Shown here piece after piece: positions 28,794 through 37,400 of a stretch of DNA of 64,000 nucleotides; the stretch's first letter is position 1; each line of letters begins with the position of its first letter. A model generated the notes under the pieces. It was not told the DNA's origin, made no database searches, and saw nothing but the letters and a program-made list of their open reading frames with translations. This DNA comes from Candidatus Pacebacteria bacterium CG2_30_36_39 (GTDB lineage: Bacteria; Patescibacteriota; Microgenomatia; UBA1400; PJMF01): contig MNZB01000004.1 in NCBI GenBank assembly GCA_001873435.1, positions 158,980 through 222,979 of the forward strand. Reading direction: 5' to 3'. The translations under genes were made by a program, and so were the position numbers.

Positions 28794-30107
28794 TTATTCT
28801 TTTACTGGAGTCTCGACGACTTCTTCAGTATTCTTCAAACCGGCAGCCATATTAGCACGCTCTTTTTCTCGAGCGATCTGCTCTTTCTTATCAGTTGCTA
28901 CTTTTTTAGATAACATTTCTTTTTGATCTTCTTCTAGATCTTCCATAGCCATCCATTTATCTTCAAAACGCACTAAGTCATTCAAAGTAGTGAGTTTATG
29001 TTCAATTAGGATAGTTCTTGCTTCAGGTGTTAGGCCTTTAAAAGTATCAATTTCATATTCTTCTGTGCCTGTGGCAGAGGTCTTTACCTGGCCAGCAGCT
29101 GATTTAATAGTGATTAAGAAACCAGTTAATTTGGCAGCAAGACGGACGTTTTGACCACCTCGACCAATAGCCAAAGAAAGTTGGTCGTCTGGAGCGGTTA
29201 CAGTTACCATCTTGGTTTTTTCATCAACTTCAATTAAGAGATTCTCGGCAGGAGCTAAAGCACCTTTTAAATAGGCAACTGGATCTTCGGAAAAAGGAAT
29301 AATATCGATTTTCTCATTGTTTAATTCTTCAATTACTTTTTGGACACGAGCGCCACGCTGACCTACACAAGAACCAACTGGGTCAACTCCATCTTGAGTT
29401 GAACGAACAGCTAACTTGGTACGAACGCCGGCTTCACGAGCTACAGAAACAATTTCTACAGCCCCAGAAGATACCTCTGGAACTTCGCGAGCAAAAAGAG
29501 CTGAAACCAAATTGCTATCTGCACGAGAAACTACAACTACTTGACCACGAACAGTCTCACGAATGTCTTTAATGAAAACAGCTAAACGAGAATTGAGGCG
29601 ATAAAATTCACCACGCATCTGCTCTTCTGGAGGCATCCAGCCATGACCTCTGCCAAGATCTACAATTACGCTTCTGCGATCCATACGTAAAACTTGACCA
29701 GTCATCATTTGACCGATTTTATCCTGGAACTCAGAGATTATTTGATCTTTTTCTGAACGACGAATTTTTTGCAAAATTACTTGTTTGGCAGTTTGAGCAG
29801 CTATACGACCAAAACCAACTGGAGTAACGTCTTCTGCTTTCTTTTCATTCCATTTAGTTGGTTCAAGGGTTTCTTCATCACGCTCCAAAACTGGAGCCTT
29901 CATAATACGAGCTTCGCCAGTATCTTCATTGAGAATGGTGTAATAATGGAATTCTTCGTCCAAAAAACCCATTTGTTTGCGATAAGCAGATACTAAAGCC
30001 TGGCGAATAGCCTCATAGATAGAATCTACTTCAATTTTTCTCTCGCTAGCGATTTGGGCAATAGCAGCTGCAAATTCAGTGCGAGCAACAGTTGAAACAT
30101 TAGCCAT
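28794..30107 (-). CDS. nusA: transcription termination/antitermination factor NusA
   Basis: N-terminal NusA domain, S1 and KH motifs (GRGGQNVRLAAKLTG). Confidence 0.9.
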   Translation of the reverse strand: MANVSTVARTEFAAAIAQIASERKIEVDSIYEAIRQALVSAYRKQMGFLDEEFHYYTILNEDTGEARIMKAPVLERDEETLEPTKWNEKKAEDVTPVGFGRIAAQTAKQVILQKIRRSEKDQIISEFQDKIGQMMTGQVLRMDRRSVIVDLGRGHGWMPPEEQMRGEFYRLNSRLAVFIKDIRETVRGQVVVVSRADSNLVSALFAREVPEVSSGAVEIVSVAREAGVRTKLAVRSTQDGVDPVGSCVGQRGARVQKVIEELNNEKIDIIPFSEDPVAYLKGALAPAENLLIEVDEKTKMVTVTAPDDQLSLAIGRGGQNVRLAAKLTGFLITIKSAAGQVKTSATGTEEYEIDTFKGLTPEARTILIEHKLTTLNDLVRFEDKWMAMEDLEEDQKEMLSKKVATDKKEQIAREKERANMAAGLKNTEEVVETPVKE

Positions 30108-30256
30108 GTTTTTCCCTTTTTTTATTTTTATTTTACGTTTTTACTAATTTAGCTCTTATTATGAAAAAAGACGTGACCAAAAATTAGTCCGTCTTCATCA
30201 GTGTTTAGCCAATGGCTATTGTACCACAATTCCCTGTCTAGTTGGGAGTAAATTCT

Positions 30257-31126
30257 TTAAAGGCCAGCTTCCTGTAGTTCTTTAAGAAGATTTTTTTGTT
30301 CTCGAGAAAGTTTTTCTGGTACATCGACCACTATTCTCACATAAAGATCACCATTTCCTCTAGATTTAAGGTGAGAAACACCCTCTCCGCGCAAACGAAT
30401 TAAACTGTGAGACTGTGTTCCTGGTCTAATCTTCATCTTGAGCTTATCTTCCTTCAGGGTAGGGATCTCAATTGTGCCACCCAAAGCAGCTGTGGTAATA
30501 GATATTTTTTCAGTAATAAATACATCATAGCCATCACGTTGGAAACGATCATGAGGTTTTACCTCGATAGTAATATCAAAATCTTCAAAACGAATTCTTG
30601 TGCCATCATTTGCACCAGCGGGAATCTTGACTTTTTGTTTTTGACCTTGGATTTCAACTTCTTTTGTTACGCCATGAACTGCTTCCATAAATTCGATGGT
30701 TAGACCATAGCGCTGGCGCCTGGCTGCTCGAGAAAATCCACCACCAAAGAATGATTCAAAAATTTCAAAAGGATCGTTAAAGTCTATATCTGGACCACCT
30801 TGTCCACCTGATGTTTGATAACTCCAGGTGAATGGACCTCCCTGAGCTCCAGCGAATGGGTTTCCTCCACCTGCTCCACCACCAAAACCGCCTCGAGATG
30901 GGTCAAAGGCTGCATGGCCAAATTGATCATAGGTTTGACGTTTTTGGTCATCAGATAAGACTTGATAAGCTTCATTAATTTCTTTAAATTTTGCCTCAGC
31001 GTCTTTTTCTTTGTTTTTATCTGGATGAAACTTTAAAGCCATTTTGCGATAGGCAGATTTAATTTCTGCCTGAGAAGAGGTTTTGCTTATTCCTAATATA
31101 TCGTAATAATCTCGCTTAGTTGCCAT
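30257..31126 (-). CDS. DnaJ-family co-chaperone, type II (J domain + G/F region + C-terminal domains, no zinc finger)
   Basis: J domain with HPD (KFHPDKN), Gly/Phe-rich linker, no CxxCxGxG repeats. CbpA/Sis1-like architecture. Confidence 0.8.
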   Translation of the reverse strand: MATKRDYYDILGISKTSSQAEIKSAYRKMALKFHPDKNKEKDAEAKFKEINEAYQVLSDDQKRQTYDQFGHAAFDPSRGGFGGGAGGGNPFAGAQGGPFTWSYQTSGGQGGPDIDFNDPFEIFESFFGGGFSRAARRQRYGLTIEFMEAVHGVTKEVEIQGQKQKVKIPAGANDGTRIRFEDFDITIEVKPHDRFQRDGYDVFITEKISITTAALGGTIEIPTLKEDKLKMKIRPGTQSHSLIRLRGEGVSHLKSRGNGDLYVRIVVDVPEKLSREQKNLLKELQEAGL

Positions 31127-31220
31127 AGATTAAGAGATTGTAACAAGGAAGTCTTAAAAAATTAAGCAGAGAAAATGGATGATTGCTAAATATAAAATAA
31201 TTAATATTTAGTCCTATAGT

Positions 31221-31249
31221 ATTGACATATTGGATACTATTTGCTATAA
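31221..31249 (+). promoter_or_regulatory. consensus sigma70-type promoter
   Basis: TTGACA - 17 nt spacer (tattggatactatttgc) - TATAAT. Lies about 230 nt upstream of the TPM-domain gene. Confidence 0.6.
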
Positions 31250-31407
31250 TTTCTTGTTATTTAAAAACTAACATTGCCTACTTCTCAGTAAAATTACTGG
31301 TCGGTAGGGAGTATTAGTTTTAGTCTGGCGGTTGCCGTCAGAATTAAAAATATTCACTCCAGAACCTTAACAACTTCAAGATTATTTTCGAATATTTTCT
31401 CTATTTT

Positions 31408-31464
31408 GGGGATCAAACTAGCGAGTCTTGATCTCAATGATTGAGGCTTGCTAGTCATATCCCC
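31408..31464 (+). promoter_or_regulatory. extended imperfect stem-loop in the 5' leader immediately upstream of the SD
   Basis: GGGGAT...ATCCCC outer pairing and ACTAGCGAG/CTTGCTAGT inner pairing (one G-U) enclose small internal hairpins. The GGAGG SD follows at 31471-31475 and the ATG at 31482. Confidence 0.4.
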
Positions 31465-31481
31465 AAATTTGGAGGCTGCAC

Positions 31482-32324
31482 ATGCAGATTCAAAAAAGTT
31501 TTATCCTCTTGGGCTTTGCTTTGCTGATTGTTCTCGCGCCGTTAGGCGTGGCTCAAGCACAAGGCGCTTTGCCCCCGGTTCCGCCTGCTCCTGTAGGCGA
31601 GAACTATATTGTCGACCAGCTCGGATGGCTTAACGCCGACCAGGCTGGAGAAATCAATACCATCGTGACAAATCTCGACCGCGAAGGCCTGGCCGAAATC
31701 GCTATCCTGACTACTACGGATTGCGGTGACGACTATAAGCGCTATCGCTACGAGGTGTTCAACACCTGGGGTGTGGGACATGCAAATGATAACGATGGCT
31801 TGCTCATCGCTGTTTGTTGGGGTGAACCCGGCAAACGCAATATTGAGCAGGAACCGGGCTATGGCATGGAAGGCACTCTCCCCGACCTCTTGCTCAACAA
31901 GGTGGTTAAGGAAGTATATTTGCCTTACCAGACTGCCAAACGAAATGGCGATGGTCTAGTTGCTATGGTGAGAACCTACAACGAAATCATTCGTGGCGGA
32001 AGCTACGAGTCTGCCATGCAAAATGCCCTGCAACCGTTGAAAGATGACGGTCAATATGTGGCCCCAGAAACCAAAGAAATGACCAGTGACGAGGCTTGGG
32101 CGCTTTTATTCGCCACGCCTTTCATGGGTTTGACCTGCGGGATCTGGATCATTATTGCGGTAGTACTGTTTTTCGCTTACTACTTTTATGCCATCTCACA
32201 AGGATGGATTAAGCCTGGTACTGGAAACTATACCGGCGGCAATGATGGCGGCAATGACTCACCCTCCAGTCCGTTTGGAGGTGGAGATAGCGGTGGTGGT
32301 GGAGCATCTACCAACATCGGCTAA
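31482..32324 (+). CDS. TPM-domain (TLP18.3/Psb32/MOLO-1 phosphatase-like) protein with C-terminal TM helix and Gly-rich tail
   Basis: Signal peptide. YIVDQLGWLNADQ...IAILTTTD...GLLIAVCWGEPGKRNIEQEPGYGMEGTLPD matches TPM domain consensus. TM helix then GGNDGGND...GGGDSGGGG tail. Gene GC far above background. Confidence 0.8.
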   Translation: MQIQKSFILLGFALLIVLAPLGVAQAQGALPPVPPAPVGENYIVDQLGWLNADQAGEINTIVTNLDREGLAEIAILTTTDCGDDYKRYRYEVFNTWGVGHANDNDGLLIAVCWGEPGKRNIEQEPGYGMEGTLPDLLLNKVVKEVYLPYQTAKRNGDGLVAMVRTYNEIIRGGSYESAMQNALQPLKDDGQYVAPETKEMTSDEAWALLFATPFMGLTCGIWIIIAVVLFFAYYFYAISQGWIKPGTGNYTGGNDGGNDSPSSPFGGGDSGGGGASTNIG

Positions 32325-32366
32325 AGTAAGACCATATCCAAAAAGCTCAAGGAGCAAAGTAAGACC

Positions 32367-33014
32367 ATGAATAAAACTCTCTTAACAATCGGCGCCGTCT
32401 TAGGCGTCGTGCTCGTCTGTGTCCTGGTTGCCGGCGCCATTTTTGTTAGCGCCTACAACAAACCGATGACGCTCAAGCTCAATGCTGAAGAGCAAATCGG
32501 CAACGTCGCAGTGATGCTTCAGCGCCAAGCTGATGTCGTCATTAATGCGCAAGCTGGCTTCGGTCAGATTGCCGCGTTGGACAATGCGCAGGTATTGGGA
32601 TATGTCGCGGAAGCCAAGGCTATCGGCGGTATGCTTGAACCACTCTGCAAAGATGGTCAGTGCAACCTCCCGGAAGACCCGGCTGAACGACAAAAACTGT
32701 TGGACGCGATGGCTCAGTTTGATAACCAATCCCGCAACTTCATCGCTTATGTGCAGACCCACTCAGAACTGCGCGCCGCAGATGCATTTGATGACATGAT
32801 GATCAGCATTGAGGGTTCCGCCAACCGCGTGAGCACTCAGCGCTTAATCATGAATCAGTACATCGGCGACTACAAAGAACACTGCGTTAATTTCCCTGGC
32901 AGTTTCTTTTGCTCGATGCGCGGGCTGACTGGAAACGAGTTTGGGTTCTACACCGTGGATGAGAGCAAACAAGAGGCTCCCACTCCCGGATACCCAACAC
33001 CCGTTCTGCCCTAA
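32367..33014 (+). CDS. lemA: LemA-family membrane protein
   Basis: N-terminal TM helix then EEQIGNVAVMLQRQADVVINAQ resembling the LemA core (E-x-V...QLQRRADLIPNLV). Adjacent to the TPM gene as in many bacteria. High GC. Confidence 0.7.
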   Translation: MNKTLLTIGAVLGVVLVCVLVAGAIFVSAYNKPMTLKLNAEEQIGNVAVMLQRQADVVINAQAGFGQIAALDNAQVLGYVAEAKAIGGMLEPLCKDGQCNLPEDPAERQKLLDAMAQFDNQSRNFIAYVQTHSELRAADAFDDMMISIEGSANRVSTQRLIMNQYIGDYKEHCVNFPGSFFCSMRGLTGNEFGFYTVDESKQEAPTPGYPTPVLP

Positions 33015-33137
33015 ACCTCACTCGCTCTGAGGGCCTATTTAACAAAAATATGCATCAAGAAATTGGATGCAAGTAGAAGTCTCGCTGAAGACTCTGTTAA
33101 AAGGCAAATGAGTGCCATATCTTGAAGTTTTAAGTAT

Positions 33138-33170
33138 AAAAGGCTGCCGGGTTAAACTGGCAGCCTTTTT
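33138..33170 (+). terminator. rho-independent terminator after lemA
   Basis: ggctgcc-gggttaaact-ggcagcc hairpin followed by TTTTT. Confidence 0.6.
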
Positions 33171-33199
33171 GCTGCTAATTTCACTTTTTATTAAAAACA

Positions 33200-33493
33200 T
33201 TAATTAACTAAAATATTTTGATGACCTCTTTTTCGCCAAATCTCAACACCATGATCTTCAACAGTAAAAGCATCATAATGATCTCCTGCAGCATTAGTAG
33301 CTACTCTCTCAGTTATTTGATTAACTGATTCAGTAGCATAAAGCAATTGACCACAAGTCCAACAAAAAACTACCAAATCATTTTCTTTTAAGAAATCTTG
33401 TAATTCACTGGGGATTAAATCTTCTTCCTTGATTGGAGCAGTTTTTGCATTTTCAATCATAATTTGCCTTTCTTCATATTTAACCACCACCAA
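33200..33493 (-). CDS. hypothetical small protein
   Basis: 97-aa ORF (VVFCWTCGQ segment). Probable real start MIENAK at about 33460, directly after the yfhO stop. Confidence 0.35.
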   Translation of the reverse strand: MVVVKYEERQIMIENAKTAPIKEEDLIPSELQDFLKENDLVVFCWTCGQLLYATESVNQITERVATNAAGDHYDAFTVEDHGVEIWRKRGHQNILVN

Positions 33494-35841
33494 ATACCCA
33501 TACTAATTGCTGTTAAACCACTAATAATAAAACCAAAAATAAACCATTTTGGATAATAAACAAAAGTCACTACTTGTTCTCCATCATCAAGCTTTACTTT
33601 ACGCATCCCATTAAAATTTTCAATGCTCTTTTCCTCATTATTAATAAATACACGCCAATTATCATCATAACGATCAGCCATAATTAGTGATTCATATCCT
33701 TCATTATTAATAACCAAATCAACTCTTCCAGGAGTTTCTTTTTTTGCAGTAATACCTTGAATACTATTATCTTCGAATCTAAATCTATCCAAAGCTGTTG
33801 GTCTCTCTAAAACCCACCATCTATTATCTTCTCCCACCACTCCAATTAAAGAAAAATTGCTTAAATCTTCATCTAACTTAAACCAACTATCTACTAAATA
33901 GTACTTAACAGCCCAATCATCTAGTAGCTTATTATTTGGATTAATTTGATCAACAAAATTTATTCTTGGCTGGTCTGTAACTTGCCAAATCTTTGCATAA
34001 TCAGATGGTAAAAGAGTTGCATAGCCATTAACTACTGGCAAACCAAATACCATATTCCAATCGGGGGTCATACCATCACGTAAATTCTGCACATGCTTAA
34101 AATCTACCAATTCCTGCTCATCAACAAATGAATCAGAGAATGGAACACGAACAACCATAGCTTCCCAATATGAACCATAGTCTGTATATGGCATGTTGGA
34201 ATTACGAGTTAAAGCGCGATAATGAAACGGCTTATTTTCATCACTTTCCATACCCATTTTTTGCAATAGTTGCTGTGAATTTGGAGTAACAAGATCATAT
34301 ATTTTATTTGGAGCAAAATAGAAAAGACCCTGTGTATTTACCAATAGTTCCAACACTAGAATTAAGGCTACTATTCGTGTTTTCTTTGTCCAAAAAAAAT
34401 ATATTGATGCAATAAAGAATATGCTGTTAAATAGTATATTTCTTAATATTTCGAATACAATAATTTTGTCTCTCTCAAGAGTATGAAAGCTACCACTCGA
34501 AAGCGAAAATGACACGAAAGAATCAAGCCAATGCCAAGCCCATTCAAACCCATAATGCCATCCCAATAAACCAAATAAGCTAGCAATAAACAACCCAATT
34601 CCAAATAATAACCACAACCTAAATTGTTGCTTGGAAAGCTGCCATTTTTGTAAAGCCCTAACAGCCCACAAAATCATTACTACATTAGTCACGATCATCA
34701 CCATACTGGGATAGCGTGCAATTCTAAATAAAGGAAATAGTTTTTGAATAAATTCAAATCCTGGTAGATACTGGCCTAATGAAAAAATCAAGCTAAACAA
34801 AGTTATTAGAAAAAATAGCAATGTCTCTTGGTCTTCTTTAACTAATTTCTTACGATTAATTAACTTAGTTAATGTTACAAAAAAGCTAGTGGCTAATGCC
34901 AACAGACCCAACCAAGTCACATAAATACCAACATTAGGCTGTCCACTCCAAGCTGGCCCCCATTTCATACCACTAGCTGGATTATCAAAGAAATATGGTA
35001 AAACAAACTTAATCAACATTGCTGGCTGCAAAGAACCAACCAATGCTTGGGTAGTTGTTTGCTCCATTCTTGTTGATTTAAATAGCATTTCTGTAAAAGG
35101 AATCCAAGCTATGGCTGAAAGTAATAAAGTTAATAAAGCAGTAATTGTCCAGGGAAAAAACCAAGATTTAGTCCAAGTAGAAAAATTGGTCTTATTATTT
35201 TCTCTCAACCAAACAAATAAAGACAAACCAACAGCCAAAGCAATACCATAAATCACATGCTGAGGATAGCCACCTAAAAATTGTAAGGTAACTGCCAAAG
35301 CAAAAAGAATTTTAGCTGATTTTTCTTTAACAAGCTTTAAGCCTAAGTATGATAAAAGAGGCAGCCACACTAAGGATTGCACAGTAGAAAAATTATTCAT
35401 ACTCCCACTTACCTGGGTAGAAAACATCCATAAACCACCAGCTACTAAGGCCCACCAATGATCTTTAAGCCAATGCTTTACAAGCAAATACATTCCACCA
35501 TAGGCAATTAGAGCGTGAGAAATTAATAATAAATTAAGAGCAATGGCTGGTGGAAAAAAGATAAAAAAGATTGTGCTTGGATAAATAACAGATTGGTTGA
35601 TGTCTGAAAACCAAGGCATACCAGCAAAAACATGAGGATTCCATAATGGCAATACTCCTTGTTTTAGCCATTCAGCAGTAAAAATTTTGCCTGGCATCAT
35701 CAAAGAATAATTGTCTCCAAAAACTAATGTTTTGCCGAATATAAAGGGAAAAAATCTTATGGTAATAAATATTATAAAAAACAACCAAAACTGCCAATGC
35801 ACTGTTTGCCACCATTTTTGCTTTGCTACAGTTTTTGTCAT
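33457..35841 (-). CDS. yfhO: YfhO-family GT-C membrane glycosyltransferase
   Basis: 794 aa, many TM helices. N-terminal GDNYSLMMP...LWNPHVFAGMPWFSD is typical of YfhO. Confidence 0.7.
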   Translation of the reverse strand: MTKTVAKQKWWQTVHWQFWLFFIIFITIRFFPFIFGKTLVFGDNYSLMMPGKIFTAEWLKQGVLPLWNPHVFAGMPWFSDINQSVIYPSTIFFIFFPPAIALNLLLISHALIAYGGMYLLVKHWLKDHWWALVAGGLWMFSTQVSGSMNNFSTVQSLVWLPLLSYLGLKLVKEKSAKILFALAVTLQFLGGYPQHVIYGIALAVGLSLFVWLRENNKTNFSTWTKSWFFPWTITALLTLLLSAIAWIPFTEMLFKSTRMEQTTTQALVGSLQPAMLIKFVLPYFFDNPASGMKWGPAWSGQPNVGIYVTWLGLLALATSFFVTLTKLINRKKLVKEDQETLLFFLITLFSLIFSLGQYLPGFEFIQKLFPLFRIARYPSMVMIVTNVVMILWAVRALQKWQLSKQQFRLWLLFGIGLFIASLFGLLGWHYGFEWAWHWLDSFVSFSLSSGSFHTLERDKIIVFEILRNILFNSIFFIASIYFFWTKKTRIVALILVLELLVNTQGLFYFAPNKIYDLVTPNSQQLLQKMGMESDENKPFHYRALTRNSNMPYTDYGSYWEAMVVRVPFSDSFVDEQELVDFKHVQNLRDGMTPDWNMVFGLPVVNGYATLLPSDYAKIWQVTDQPRINFVDQINPNNKLLDDWAVKYYLVDSWFKLDEDLSNFSLIGVVGEDNRWWVLERPTALDRFRFEDNSIQGITAKKETPGRVDLVINNEGYESLIMADRYDDNWRVFINNEEKSIENFNGMRKVKLDDGEQVVTFVYYPKWFIFGFIISGLTAISMGIWWWLNMKKGKL

Positions 35842-35860
35842 AAAAACTTAAATTAAAAAA

Positions 35861-36556
35861 CTAATGTGGCAACATGCGCAAACCGATAATCATTCTTAAC
35901 GCATCTATGCCATCACGCCACGAAATCTTTTTTCCTTCAGCAAAATCACGACCAACATAGGTAATGGGTACTTCAAAAATTCTCACGCCACGCTTTAATA
36001 GCTTACAAGTAATTTCTGGCTCCATATCAAATTTATTTGATTGGATATCCAACTCACGAAAAACCTTAGTTGGAAGCAACTTGTAACAAGTCTCCATGTC
36101 AGTGAGAGTTGTATCGTACAAAATATTCACAAGAAAATTTAATAAACTATTTCCCAAACGATGCCAAAATAATAAGTTTGAGTGAGGGCCAATAAAGCGA
36201 GAACCATAAACAACATCTACTCTACCTGATTCAACATGTTCCAATAGAGCTGGAATATCACTTGGATCATATTCCAAATCAGCATCTTGAATTAAAGTAT
36301 AATCACCAGTTACTTTCTTCAAACCATATTTGATGGCTGTTCCCTTGCCACCATTAGCTTTTTTAAAATAAGAAATTTTTTTAAGATTCTTATTCTTTGA
36401 ATTAAGAAACTTTTTAATTTCTTTTTCAGTGCCATCAGTACTACCATCATTAACCACAATCACTTCATTGACAGCTGGAACGATTACCAATCTAGTAAGA
36501 ATTTCTCTTACTGTTTTTTCTTCGTTATAAACAGGTACTATCACAGAAAGTTTCAT
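35861..36556 (-). CDS. GT2 polyprenyl-phosphate glycosyltransferase (CsbB/GtrB-like)
   Basis: SVIVPVYNEE...VVNDGSTDGT GT-A motifs. 231 aa. Directly upstream of yfhO as in csbB-yfhO. Confidence 0.8.
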   Translation of the reverse strand: MKLSVIVPVYNEEKTVREILTRLVIVPAVNEVIVVNDGSTDGTEKEIKKFLNSKNKNLKKISYFKKANGGKGTAIKYGLKKVTGDYTLIQDADLEYDPSDIPALLEHVESGRVDVVYGSRFIGPHSNLLFWHRLGNSLLNFLVNILYDTTLTDMETCYKLLPTKVFRELDIQSNKFDMEPEITCKLLKRGVRIFEVPITYVGRDFAEGKKISWRDGIDALRMIIGLRMLPH

Positions 36557-36612
36557 TAACTGAGCATATCAATTTTTTATAAGATTTGGGAGGTGGTTTT
36601 GACACAGAAACC

Positions 36613-36641
36613 TTGACTTTATTGCTATTTTATCCTATAAT
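36613..36641 (+). promoter_or_regulatory. near-consensus sigma70-type promoter
   Basis: TTGACT - 17 nt - TATAAT. Confidence 0.5.
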
Positions 36642-36762
36642 ATATAGATATTGGATATAAATTACCCCTCTTAACCCATTGCGGGTTGTGGTGGTGGTTT
36701 AGCAACCAATAACAGTTCTTTAACTTATTGAGTAAAAGGTGTTTTAAAAAATTAACTTTTAG

Positions 36763-36840
36763 CTCACAAGTTTGAAAATTTATTTTATTTGTTTTCAAGC
36801 TTGTGAGTTAAAACAACCTGAGTTGAGTAAATCAACTCAG
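36763..36840 (+). promoter_or_regulatory. two palindromes in the leader of the lipoprotein gene (16-bp stem hairpin and a perfect 9-bp stem hairpin)
   Basis: ctcacaagtttgaaaa / ttttcaagcttgtgag (1 mismatch) with 13-nt AT loop. Then ctgagttga-gtaaa-tcaactcag. The GGAG SD and GTG start follow. Confidence 0.4.
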
Positions 36841-36862
36841 AGATTAATTTGGAGAAAATACC

Positions 36863-37330
36863 GTGAAAACTAGTAAATACATCCTAACCACTTTGCTCTT
36901 AATCCTTGCTTTTGTCAGCTTCGGCTGCGGAGCAGCCATTGATGATGGCATCTATCAGGTTCAGATCACACTGGAACTTGAAACCGAAGGAACTTCGGTT
37001 GTATCAGCAACGGATCAGCAAAGACAGGACCAAGTTGTGAACTTTGCGCCAGGAGGATATTGGGACTCGTATTATCAAAGAGGAACGTTGAGAGGCACTA
37101 TTGTCTCAGTCGTTTCTAAAAACGAGAAACAAGTCAAAAATAGCGCAGGCTTAGACGCCGGTCAAATCATCATTATTGAGACCATGGATGAAAAAGTGCT
37201 CAGCCTAGTGGCTGGTGACACCGTCAAGCTCGACTGCAGAACAGTACTATTGGACGATGATTCCACACCGGAAGGCGTGCGATACAACGCTCCACACTAC
37301 TGCAAAGTCGTTGAAATTGTCACTAAATAA
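36863..37330 (+). CDS. hypothetical lipoprotein (elevated GC)
   Basis: GTG start with GGAG SD. Signal peptide ending in lipobox VSFGC. 155 aa. GC visibly above neighbours. Confidence 0.6.
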   Translation: MKTSKYILTTLLLILAFVSFGCGAAIDDGIYQVQITLELETEGTSVVSATDQQRQDQVVNFAPGGYWDSYYQRGTLRGTIVSVVSKNEKQVKNSAGLDAGQIIIIETMDEKVLSLVAGDTVKLDCRTVLLDDDSTPEGVRYNAPHYCKVVEIVTK

Positions 37331-37352
37331 ACTCAATGGTTCAAGACTCAAT

Positions 37353-37386
37353 AAAAAAAGCCTTGCTGCAAAGCAAGGCTTTTTTA
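37353..37386. terminator. bidirectional rho-independent terminator
   Basis: aaaaaaa-gccttgc-tgcaaa-gcaaggc-ttttttt. Confidence 0.65.
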
Positions 37387-37400
37387 CGTCTATTTATGTT

